A stretch of DNA of 64,000 nucleotides from Cyanidioschyzon merolae. Lineage: Eukaryota. Both the position numbers and the translations under genes were made by a program. Location: assembly GCA_000091205.1 (NCBI GenBank), contig AP006496.2, one strand, 5' to 3'. Below are positions 1 through 9,985 of this stretch, piece by piece. Under the pieces are notes generated by a model that was given only the letters and a program-made list of their open reading frames with translations, was not told the origin of the DNA and made no database searches. The number at the start of each line of letters is the position of its first letter. Position 1 is the stretch's first letter.

Positions 1-994
1 TGCGAACAGAATCGACATCATCCCTTTCCGCTTCCAATAAAGAATCCCCATCATCAAAAATCCAGCACCGAGGACCAGCGAGACGGCAACGACGACAAAC
101 CACGGCCAGGAGGGAGCCGTTTCCTCATAGGCTGGAATCGCAATGTTCATTCCGAAAAAATCCGCCGGAATCAGCATTATCAGGATCGTACAGAACCACA
201 GATGACAGCTGATGTTCACTGTCCATAGCCGAGTCTGTTTCGCTGCGAGCGCAATCACTGTCAGTTCTTCAATGTTGTGCAGCTGCTTCCGCAAGGCAGC
301 TGCAGACATTTCATGATCATGGCACTGCCATAGCGCCCATTCAATCAGCGTGTAGACGCTCTCTTGAGTCGAGGCAAATGATGCCCGCATCCCAGCGTCA
401 TCGCCGGGGATGCACTCTCCGACCCAGGCTGCGACGGTTTCCGCAATACCGTCGTCGAGGCTCTCCTCCAGGCAGACACGGAGGTTCCGGGCTCGCAGCG
501 CTACGAGTGCCACTTGTCGTGCTGCGCCTTGTAAAAGCCGCGGAGCCGCGGACTTTTCCACGGTATTGATGTGCAGTTGGCCGTGCTGCAGCTGCTGTTT
601 GATCCACTGCAGCTTGCGCTCATTCGACTGAACGCAGGTATGGAGCATCGCTGCAAGGGCACGAAATCCAAACGCCTCTCCTGGATCTGTTTCTGGCCCC
701 GTGAGCCGACCAGACACCATTCGATGCAGGATGCGAGCATGCTCGCAGTCGAAATCCTGTATCAGCAGGCGTTCGGGTTCCAGAACAGCGCAGAGATGAC
801 GATGAAGCGCTGCGATGATCATACGGGGTCGAACTCGAATGGTCGGCTGCATCTGGTACACCGGCATGAAAAGTCGACGATCCACCGAATGGATGAAGAT
901 GTTTCGAATCTCTGCGCCTGATGCGCTCGAGTTTGAGTGGGGTATCCGCGTCGTCGTCCTCTTCGTCTTTGCCGTCGCTGAAGCTATACAGCAT
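1..994 (-). CDS. CorA/MRS2-family Mg2+ transporter. It is 3'-partial because its C-terminus runs off the window start. The reading frame appears to shift near 905-935, moving from the frame of ORF 620..994 into the -strand frame that is open down to position 1
   Basis: Minus-strand translation of 1..867 gives ...ELTVIALAAKQTRLWTVNISCHLWFCTILIMLIPADFFGMNIAIPAYEETAPSWPWFVVVAVSLVLGAGFLMMGILYWKRKGMM. This is two C-terminal TM helices with the CorA signature GMN loop and a basic tail. Upstream, HSVDRRLFMPVYQMQPTIRVRPRMIIAALHRHLCAVLEPERLLIQD matches the MRS2 ARDLRxLDP...ILxREkAIVvNLE..kAIiT.eeVLLlD block. The N-terminus MLYSFSDGKDEEDDD lies in the other frame (ORF 620..994), which implies an indel or frameshift. 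This frame is absent from the ORF track because it has no stop inside the window. Confidence 0.7.
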
Positions 995-1704
995 TCGTCA
1001 TTGCGACATGGATCTTTTGAGCTGTACGCTGAGCACGAAAGCGTTTCGTAATGTTCGCGCGCGCCTTGCTTGCTTTCGACTCGACCGGCTCGAGGAACGC
1101 GATGCTCCGCGAACATACACAGACCGGCGCACGGCTGCGTCTCGCAGTAACATGTTCGCGACCAGATGACCTGTCCCTGATAGCCCGACGCTCTGTATTC
1201 GTGAAATCGATAGTTGAGCACGAGCAGTGCCTCCTGGCCGACGGCAGAGAGCCCCGAAACTCCGCCAGGGAAAGCGCCGGCACTCGCGAGCGTCTCGACG
1301 GAGCTGGCGAGTCGACTCGCTGGATTCTGCGCTATGCTCCGCAGAGGCCCAGACTCGAGACCATCGAAGATCGTTTTCCGCGGCTTGTTCTCTGACGCTG
1401 CAGTGAACCGCCGCTGAGGCATACTGTGGCGAAAGTCTTCAGCGAGCCTGCTTTCTACGGCGACTCACACTTGCAGTCCTTGACTCGTGCAACAACTGGT
1501 GCGTATCAAAGTGCCAAAATGATGAGTCAAAGAAAAAGACCTTCAAACACCAGGAAACGCCTTATTGGTAAACAGAAAAGTCTTTTACCAAGAAAGGAAC
1601 GAGTGTCGAGTGGATGGACGGATTGCAGCCCCACATTGTTGCCCGAGCATGCGCCGGTGCTGCAGGCGACAGCGCCGTACCTCGGGTCGCCTCTCAGGTT
1701 CTTA

Positions 1705-2100
1705 GAGTCTTTCATTTGAATCGTGTTTCAATCCTCAAGTAAGTGTAATCAAGTGATTTTTCAGGGTTTGTAGCTGGAGCATTCAGAGTGTGTTCTTTTT
1801 AAAAAATAAACTTACGGGAATGGAAGTGAAGGATCCTGGAGGCCGTCATCGCCGGATGCCAGAGAAAAAGGACGAAAATTTCGATCTTCTCGCCGACCAT
1901 CGAGGGAGAAGTGCAAGTGACGAAGAAGAAGAAGAACAGGGTAGGTAGATGACAAAAGATGTTTGTCCGACAGGATGATGACGAGACTGTAGTCGAATAG
2001 AGGCCACGAGTTCTGGCAATCCTTGCGATGGTGAGTTCAACCAGAGGCAATGCACGCATGGAGATCGTGAACTTTGACTTTAACGCCACCATCAATACCA
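1705..2100 (+). mobile_element. 5' fragment (copy 4) of the multi-copy repeat family also found at 21.6-24.4 kb, 44.6-47.4 kb and 51.3-54.1 kb. It is truncated after about 400 bp
   Basis: It shares the conserved 5' box tcaatcgtgtttca..cctcaagtaagt..a.tcaagtgattttc, then ATGGAAGTGAAGGATCC (MEVKDPGG, compare MEVEDPGG in copy 1). Similarity is lost after about 2100. Confidence 0.5.
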
Positions 2101-2833
2101 GACGATGTGTGGTGCTGAAGACGACTGCTGACGATATGAGGCCATCTATGTTTGTTGGGAAACCTCTCAGATGCGAAGTGTGCTAGGAGAAACTGAAAAC
2201 GGCTGCAGGCGGCCAGTCAAAAAAGGCCGGGAGGCGTCTGAGAGGGAGTATATTTCTTTACACTCTATGGATCTACAGTTTTTTCGTTTCATTGAACACA
2301 AGGGTGCTTTTCCTTTTGATGGACAGAACGCTCAACATGACCAGGGACGCTGTATTGCGGTATGGATTCGGGTAACCGGTAATGCATCTGTCGGTCCATA
2401 CCCTTGGTTCAAGTTCTGGAAGCCACTCTTCGTACTTCCCCACGACGATACTGGTCATTCCGTACGTTCCATCGTGCGACGTTTCTCCTATGAGTTTTCG
2501 CAATAGTGCTTTTACAGTGCTGTTGCCAGCGCTGAATGTCCTCTGGCTGCCGGGGTGCTCGGATCACCGTCCAGGGTGTTGTCGGTCGCACCGCGATGCC
2601 ACTTGGGGAGCCACTCGGCATGCGCTTGGCGCGCTTCTGTTGTCCCTGCTTCTAAGGTCTTCGGTGACCTCGGCATCCAACGAGCGCCTTGACTACACCA
2701 CGCTCTAGTCGTCGGGATGTAACCTGAAGCAGCATCGTACGCGGAAGAGGTGAGGTTTACGTCCAGTGAACCGCGAGCATTTGCATATGCCCAGGGTGGG
2801 TGCCTCGACGCATCGACCCAGCGCCATCGACAC

Positions 2834-2857
2834 GTGTGTGCTGTGTGTGTGTGTGTA
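2834..2857. repeat. (TG)n microsatellite
   Basis: gtgtgtgctgtgtgtgtgtgtgtg read directly. Confidence 0.9.
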
Positions 2858-3490
2858 GCACACGAGGATCTAAAGCGTTAAACGAATGCCGCAGTTCTTC
2901 GCTGAAGAAGCACCACATACGCGACGTATTAAGCATGAGGCTCCCATCGACACGGGTGCTTTTGCGTTACGGTGGCACCCAGCCCGGCATAGCGTTAGCG
3001 CAACGACACTGTCGCTCCGTTTCGAAAATACGTATGGTTTGTGGCAGTGGGTGGGCCCTGAAGATATGGTGCGGGAACCGCGGACGCTCTCCCGAAGGTC
3101 GATGACAACTGCGCAGTCGGGGATCCGCGGACTCGGGCAAACCTTCCGTCCATGAAGAGAAACAGGCGCAACGCCCAATCGGGCCGCATCGTGTCTCAAC
3201 CGCAAGCTTCTGGTGCACTTCAGCTGCGCCCAGTTCGCATTTGCTGGGACTCGATAGGTGTTGGTATTCGACGGGTCGTACTGAGCAACGACATCGAGTC
3301 GCCATACAGGGCACTGCCAGCGTTTTCGTAGTTGCTGTCCCATTCAGGAGTTTATACGCGGCAAAACGCGCGCTTCGGACTCGGCACCGGCAAGTCGTCG
3401 CTACCACCGGGCGTCTTGCCGAGAAACTGGGCTTGGCATCGATTTCGCTGCAGTGAGTGGCCTTTATAAAAGTATTCTTACATAGTACTG

Positions 3491-3955
3491 GTGCACATGT
3501 GGCGAACTGTACTGGTGCGTGGAAGCACAGGCGCGCTGGTGTGGCGCGCCGTCACCCCGTCGTTGCCCGGGCTCGTGCCGAGCACCCCGCACTTGACCAC
3601 GCCTTTGCCGCTGTTGGGGCGAAGCTTTGCAACCGACGCCCTCGCACTCAAAGACGGGTTGATTCGGTATCGAATGCACTATCCCGACGGACAGGTACCG
3701 CCCAAGGTTGACCGGAACCTTGTGAGGTCCAAGTGGCACTCCGACGCCATGGAGCTCATCGAGCAGGTTCCGCCGCTTGTCGTCGAACGCGAGGTCATCG
3801 CATGCAACGGTGGACCCAACGTTGCCATGGGTCATCCCATCGAATACATTCGTGTGGATGCTGCGGATCCAGCACCCAGCGTGTGCAAGTACTGCGGTTT
3901 GCGCTACATCCATCGGCACGCTGCCACCGCAGAGGCTGGATCCGAGCATCCCTAA
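3491..3955 (+). CDS. NDUFS6: NADH dehydrogenase (ubiquinone) Fe-S protein 6 (complex I 13-kDa zinc-finger subunit), with an N-terminal presequence
   Basis: C-terminal LIEQVPPLVVEREVIACNGGPNVAMGHPIEYIRVDAADPAPSVCKYCGLRYIHRH matches the NDUFS6 zf-CHCC block (VIACDGGGGALGHP.V.INLDK....CGYCGL.F...HH). The N-terminus is Arg-rich. Confidence 0.75.
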   Translation: MHMWRTVLVRGSTGALVWRAVTPSLPGLVPSTPHLTTPLPLLGRSFATDALALKDGLIRYRMHYPDGQVPPKVDRNLVRSKWHSDAMELIEQVPPLVVEREVIACNGGPNVAMGHPIEYIRVDAADPAPSVCKYCGLRYIHRHAATAEAGSEHP

Positions 3956-4179
3956 AGTCTGCTTCCGGTAGCGGGAAAGCAGACCGGGAATCCTGTACTG
4001 GCTGGCACCGGTTTTTCACATACGATGGGTGCGTACTGCTCATGAACCTGCGTGGAAGCTCCAACTCGGACGGTTCACTCGGCAACGCCTATCGCAAACG
4101 CTCGACTGGAAAATTCGGCACGCTCTTGTCCGTTGCTGCGGTTGCTCCCTGAAACACACAGGCATCTCAATGATAGCTT

Positions 4180-4881
4180 TTACGTTTGTCTGGGCTCGCT
4201 CGCTACAGTCTCTGAATCCGGAGCGGATGAGGAGTGCATGCGAACAGTGAACACCGCACTCGGTGGTGCCGGCTCGCAGACGCCCTGCACCGTACACGGG
4301 TGTCCAAGCTGGGCGAGAAAGCCCCGAATAAGGCCGGCTGGAAACACACAGTACCAGGATGGTGCTCCTACGCTCTCGGGAAGTTCCTGCACATGGCGAA
4401 GCCAGCGAAAGCTCGCATCGAAAATCACGTAAACGCCACGGTGGTTTGTTTTCAGGCTGTCCACTTGTTTGCCGAAAACAGTTCGCCACAGGTCACGACA
4501 AAGTACTTTCAAGGCATCGAGCTCTGAGACGGGGTTTCCAGCGAGGGCCCCGACCCTTGGCACTCGGGGGCCAAGTCGCTCGCCGACGTAGAAGCCGGCC
4601 TCCTCGACTCGAGCGAGCGCCAGGGTCTCGGTTGTGAGTGCTTCAGTGCCCTGGTCGTTCTCGCTTGTCGTGTGGAGGTGCTGAGGTTTTCGTGGTCGCT
4701 GCCACAGCGGTGCTGGTACCGACCCGTGGCGCACTGGTGCGTCCGGTTTTCCAAAACCCGCTGCTGAAGCAGGCAACAGCGATGCGGTATTTTCGGCAAC
4801 CAGTTCCATAAGAAGAAAGTCTAGCACGGCCGAGTCGAGCAGCACTACTGGTGCGCCCTCACTCGTGGCCTGAGCGTTCAT
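4180..4881 (-). CDS. TRAPP complex subunit of the Bet3 family, closest to TRAPPC6/Trs33
   Basis: VLCRDLWRTVFGKQVDSLKTNHRGVYVIFDASFRWL...AGLIRGFLAQLGHPCTV matches the TRAPPC6 motif F(I/L)CKDFWTTVFKKQIDNLRTNHQGIYVLQDNKFRLL...CGLIRGGLSNLGI. An N-terminal VVLLDSAVLDFLLMELVA helix is present. Confidence 0.65.
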   Translation of the reverse strand: MNAQATSEGAPVVLLDSAVLDFLLMELVAENTASLLPASAAGFGKPDAPVRHGSVPAPLWQRPRKPQHLHTTSENDQGTEALTTETLALARVEEAGFYVGERLGPRVPRVGALAGNPVSELDALKVLCRDLWRTVFGKQVDSLKTNHRGVYVIFDASFRWLRHVQELPESVGAPSWYCVFPAGLIRGFLAQLGHPCTVQGVCEPAPPSAVFTVRMHSSSAPDSETVASEPRQT

Positions 4882-7103
4882 CCTCGCTCTTGTCGAAGAA
4901 CGCAGCAGACGCGCTGGTACACACCGGGTGCCCCTGAGAGCACCTACGCCTTCAAGCGGTTACACGAAGTAAGCCAGGAGTGTGTTCGTCGGGAAAAACG
5001 CACAGACATCTGCACTGCACCCAGGTTGTCTGAGAGGTACCTGGTTGCTGCGTAGCGCCCTTTCCACAGTCACAAGAGCGGCTTGCCGCCTGCCGTCGCG
5101 ACCAGCCATAGCGGGATAGGTGGCTGCTCAGATGCATCGGTGCCGTTTCCCTGCTCGAAACAGGATCGATAACCAGAGAAGCGACTAGCGTTCGTTCGTG
5201 ATCCCTTTCGCATTCCAATAGCTCCAGACCGGTTTTAGGCCTTGCGATAGAGCTTTGATCGATCCGGCGACTTTTTCTTGTTGCCAGTCTTCTGAGGATG
5301 CTCGTGGCGGTGCTGGATGTATCGTTGCCCAAGTTGCTGTAGAGAGCGCGCACGCGCGGGTACGTGGTACCTCTAGGGGCATCGATTCGAGATGCGCTGG
5401 TGATGCCCTCGATCAGCTGTGTTTCCCTCTTGGGAAGTGCATTTGTAAAGTTGGCCGGATTCCAACGCGTTCCACGGGCTCCTGCGTCGCGATCAAAGTG
5501 CCGTAGATACGTTGAACCTCAGCAGTAGCAATGATAACAACACGCTGCATTCGAAGAGGTGAGCAACGCACCCAGGTTTTGGATGCGCAGCACAAGTGCT
5601 CGTTCCGATTCCATGGTATCGGGGCTTTGACGAAAGCTATCCCTTGGAACAAAGAGTCTTGACCCGGCGATGCCGAGATACATCCTCATTTGTCTGTGAC
5701 GCAGTCCTGAAACCTTACTGGTATTCGCTGCCACCGGTTACCTACAGGCAGCGTTTGGCACTAGCAGACGCAGCCGCGGATGCACCCACCCTGCAAATAT
5801 GATCTTTTTTTGACTGGCAGAACGTTTATAGGAACTGGGTGTCCGATTGTGCGATGTGGATCGGCAGCACAGATGCAAACATCGTAGAGAGCGGCGACTT
5901 GGACGAGGCGCACTCTTCGACGAACGGTGAACAGGTGCGTGCAACAGCCATCTCACTACACTGTAAGAAAGAAACGCACCAGGTGGAGTAACTTGGATGT
6001 AAAGAATAATGTATGGGTCTCTTTCCAAAGTCGTGAACAGCAGCCTGTTCGGAATTTTCGTGCGACTGTTTCGCTTTCCGGTCTGCGATATCCGATTTTT
6101 ACTACGGGGTCTCTCCTTTCCTTCCAGCTCTGTTGCTCGCAGTCAAAGAATACTGATTTCAGCGTTAGGGTCCCGACTTCACTGCTTCGAGGTGTGGTCG
6201 ACGCATATTGTCCCCAGTCGGAAGCTTCAATCTAAGCTTCAGCTGCCGTTTCGGTCCTCTGCCGTAGACAGCGACGGTGCGCTCTTCGCATCGATAACCC
6301 TTGACTGTGCTTAGGGGTTGTTGTTCGTGCACCGCAACCACTCTTTCGACGGGGTCACCCTGGAGAATCCCGTGATCGTGGAATACTGTACCATGTGCGA
6401 AACGAAGCATGGCATCGAGACGAGCCTTGTGTACCCATCAACCGCATGCACCGAGCGATGCAGCAAGCGTTCAGGCGTCATAGACCGGACCTCGGACGCC
6501 GAGAAGCGGTGAACATACCCGACAATCTGACCATAGTCAAGTGTCACCGAGGCAAAATGCGCACCGATCAGTCTACAAATAAGATAAGAATGGCAAGCGA
6601 AGCGCACATTCCAACGACCACCTATGCATACCCTGTGTTGACAACAGCCAGAATTAGGGAAATCGCGACTTTCATGCTATCATCAGCATCTTTTTCTGCG
6701 TATAACAATGCTGGGGCCAAGGAGAAACCTGCGAAATGAAAGCCGGAGTTAAGACAAAGGACAAGGGAGCATTCGCAGAACTTGCCCACAAATGCTTGTG
6801 CTGGTTACACGTAGAAAAGACCCAAACTTTAGTGTATACCCCGAGTTAGCCAGGCATCCCTGTTTCGGTCTTGTCTGACATGGATGTAGTATTCTGGAGT
6901 ATCTACGCTCTGAATCCGAGCAGAGCGTTGCAAACTGTCAAACGAAAAAAATGTCGCCGTGTCAGAGCGCAACCCCTGCCGGGGCGCGTGTCTCGCAGAG
7001 AGGGCGGCGCGAGCGCACTGCTTCCATTGGCGTGGCGTTTTCTCTACCACGTGTCTGAGCGCTTGCACGCACTGCATCCACCCTGCACTTTGCTGCACTT
7101 GTA

Positions 7104-7910
7104 GTGCTCGTTTTTCTTCGAATTGCAATGCGCTTTCTTTGTCCAAATAAGCTCTCGTTGCAAATGCGCGATTGGACGGTACTATTACTGGTGTCGGTGA
7201 CGCTCACACTGCTCCACTACGGTGCCGTCGCGCCGGCTACCGCAGCTGCAGTTGACCTCCGCTTTCTGCCCGCTGGAGACTTGGAAATAGCTGCGGCAAA
7301 GGAGCTCCTTTTTCCAGTGGATCGCGTTTCTCTAAACATAACGAGTTTCGACTCTGCCTTGCTACAAGAGGTCAATAAAACCTGGGTGAACACCACGCGG
7401 CACTTGAGCGAGAGCGGGGGAGCGAACGCCAGCCACCCCATCGACCACGTTGCGCAGGGGTTGTGTTTCACGCGTATTCTTCAAGAGGCCGCCGATCGTG
7501 TCGTATTGGCCGTGGAAGCGCAGTGCACACCGGTAGACGTTCAGGACGGAAACTGCAGCGATGTGGTGCAGGGAGCTGCTGATCGAGCTCTCCTTGATCG
7601 CGGCTGGACAAGTCCGGCTATCGAAGTGCTGTCTGAGGCGTCGCAGCTCCCGTTCCATTTGGACTCTCTGAACTCGACTGGATCCGGTGGGGTTGGTCCT
7701 GGCGACTACGACATTCTGATTGGCATCGCCAAGCTAGTTGCTGAGCGCATCAAACCAGAAGTAGAGCGCGCGGCCGCGCTGTTTCATAGCGATGGCCTGG
7801 CAGGCATCAGCAGCGCGCTGCAGCCAGTTGCAGGGAACTCTTCCGCAACGAACCTTTACATAATCATATTCTTTGGGAAGGATAGCACCCAGCACTGCCT
7901 TGGAACCTAA
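7104..7910 (+). CDS. hypothetical secreted or N-glycosylated protein (268 aa) with a signal-anchor-like hydrophobic segment
   Basis: It is a long ORF with a WTVLLLVSVTLTLL hydrophobic stretch near the N-terminus and at least seven N-x-S/T sequons. No family was recognised. Confidence 0.35.
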   Translation: MLVFLRIAMRFLCPNKLSLQMRDWTVLLLVSVTLTLLHYGAVAPATAAAVDLRFLPAGDLEIAAAKELLFPVDRVSLNITSFDSALLQEVNKTWVNTTRHLSESGGANASHPIDHVAQGLCFTRILQEAADRVVLAVEAQCTPVDVQDGNCSDVVQGAADRALLDRGWTSPAIEVLSEASQLPFHLDSLNSTGSGGVGPGDYDILIGIAKLVAERIKPEVERAAALFHSDGLAGISSALQPVAGNSSATNLYIIIFFGKDSTQHCLGT

Positions 7911-8382
7911 TCTGCGGCGCGTTCAGGTCTTGGAACAGGACGACGACTGCACACGGCGTGCGCCTGCAGAGCGAAAGCTGTCAGGCTGCAGGCAGCAAGG
8001 GCCATGCGGCTGCATGAATCGTGGCGCCAGCGGGGACCAGGTTACGATGTTCCGCGACACCGAGGCGCAGCAGCGAAGCATAATCGTGTGACAGGCGGTG
8101 ATGCATACATGACGCTGCTCGAGCATTGCTTTCAGCGATAGCATGAAGGTGGCCCCATCGTGACTGGATATGCGCGCGCTCGCCGATGCGTACACAGTGG
8201 GCAAATAGGCAATGTAAAGGTGAACCGGAAAGACTCTTCTTGAAGTTAGCCAACAAGGAACGCGCCGATTTCCCATCGAGCATCCGCCACGTGCTGGCCT
8301 ACGCGCTCCAGGAAAGTTCAAAAGGCATCCCTGGTGCCGATCGCATCATCGATCCCAAGGAGGCTCCGGTTGCGAGCGTTTC

Positions 8383-8901
8383 TCATGAGTGTTCTTCCTC
8401 GGGGGGCAGGTGGACAGTCGTGAAAGCCTCACCGTCAAAGTCCTCGCGGGTCGTGGCGGTGGCGGTGCGTTCCACGTGTTTCAGCTCGACGGGATACGGC
8501 ACGATCGACGGGATTCCTCGGGTCACCTCCGCATCGGGACGCGGAATATGGACCGGTATACCAATATCCGCGTCACACTCTTGAATATAGACGCGAACCA
8601 GCCCGATGCCGCTAGAGCAACGCAGATGGATCGGCAGATGCGTCTCTGTCTCGGTATCTGCGGGAACACTGGGGAACTGCGCGTCCGCCACGGGGTCGTA
8701 GGGCGGAAGCCCCCGGATTTCTCGGAACCAGTTACCTTGTTCTGTCGCTGGTACGATGACTGGACCAGGGCCCAGCGGTCCCGATAAGCGAACTCGAACG
8801 GTGAGCTCTCTCACGATCCCCCGAGGTTCGTGGCGCAGGATCAAGTCTATCGTTCGCTTGCCTGGAGCCAGGAGCAGCCGGGGCAACCTCAGCATAAGCA
8901 C
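8383..8901 (-). CDS. hypothetical protein (172 aa), family not recognised
   Basis: The ORF has non-repetitive, mixed composition (IDLILRHEPRGIVRELTVRVRLSGPLGPGPVIVPATEQGNWFREIRGLPPYDP...). Calling it a gene rests only on ORF length and composition. Confidence 0.3.
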   Translation of the reverse strand: MLMLRLPRLLLAPGKRTIDLILRHEPRGIVRELTVRVRLSGPLGPGPVIVPATEQGNWFREIRGLPPYDPVADAQFPSVPADTETETHLPIHLRCSSGIGLVRVYIQECDADIGIPVHIPRPDAEVTRGIPSIVPYPVELKHVERTATATTREDFDGEAFTTVHLPPEEEHS

Positions 8902-9437
8902 TTGTGCAATCGGTTGCGTCGCTCAGTCTACGCCCCTTATGCGTAGCTGAAGAACGGGTAGCGCAGACAGCCCAGCGTCTGTACGTAGCCGGATACTGGA
9001 GCGTGCACGAGGCAGCGGCAACGACCTCGCCGGGTCACCGGTTGAGGTTACGGCCTTGCGTGGACCGCTGACTCAGTGCAGGCAACTCTAAGAGAGCCGT
9101 GAATAGAGTTCCCCGAAGCAAACTATAGTCCAAGGCAAGTCAACGTCAATGCGAACACAAGAGCGGGACACTTGACGCGCGTTCACGGGATAACGCTTTC
9201 AGCACAGAGAGCAGTGCAAGTTCTGTCGCGGAAGCGCCGTGCGTCGAGTAGCTCGCACCAGCCGCACTGGAAACGTCGCTCGAGTGTACTGTATCCAGTC
9301 GCTGCCGCTTCTTCGAGTTGTCCTATTCAGATGCGCCTTTTCCAAATGTCTAAAGTCTGGGATGCGTAGGTACCAATGGCTGTGAGCGCTTCAGCACACG
9401 GGACAAGTGCAGTGCCATTCACTGATCTCAGACCGGA

Positions 9438-9838
9438 GAAGAATATCTTATCATCCAGGATCGAGCATTGAGTGCACTTTTGATTACACAAGGAGCAATC
9501 GTGTAGCATTCACGGATTACATACCGCAATGCGTCTCCTTGCATATATCGTTCATCGGTAGAAGAATATCTTATCATCCAGGATCGATCATTGAGTGCAC
9601 TTTTGATTACACAAGGAGCAATCGTGTAGCATTCACGGATCACATATCGCAATGCGTCTCCTTGCATACATCGTTCATCGGTAGAAGAATATCTTATGAT
9701 CCAGGATCGATCATTGAGTGCACTTTTGATTACACAAGGAGCAATCGTGTAGCATTCACGGATCACATACCGCAATGCGTCTCCTTGCATACATCGTTCA
9801 TCGGTAGAAGAATATCTTATCATCCAGGATCGAGCATT
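9438..9838. repeat. minisatellite of about 3.25 tandem copies of a 123-bp unit, in the intergenic region upstream of the aminotransferase gene
   Basis: The unit gaagaatatcttatcatccaggatcga(t/g)cattgagtgcacttttgattacacaaggagcaatcgtgtagcattcacggat.acata.cgcaatgcgtctccttgcata.atcgttcatcggta recurs at 9438, 9561, 9684 and 9807. It produces the repetitive pseudo-ORFs 9407..9961(+) and 9428..9823(-). Confidence 0.9.
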
Positions 9839-9985
9839 CCGTACTCAAGCGCCGTGTTCCCATGCCGCAGCGCGAAATGGCGTCGCTGCAGCGATCCGTC
9901 GGCGGGGCGCCCTTATAGCTGGATGAGCGCGCGCGGCCCGTCGTCGCGGACGTCTTGGTAATGCGGAGCGTTTCTCAGCGTTCTG

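Noticed and set aside
900-940. Programmed ribosomal frameshift in the CorA gene
   Set aside because: There is no slippery heptamer or evident stimulatory structure. An indel or pseudogenisation is the simpler explanation
9407-9961. 184-aa ORF with an internally repeated peptide, which could be mistaken for a repeat protein or CRISPR-like array
   Set aside because: It is the translation of a 123-bp DNA minisatellite. The opposite strand gives a comparably long ORF. A CRISPR array would have unique spacers between identical units, and this has none. The context is eukaryotic
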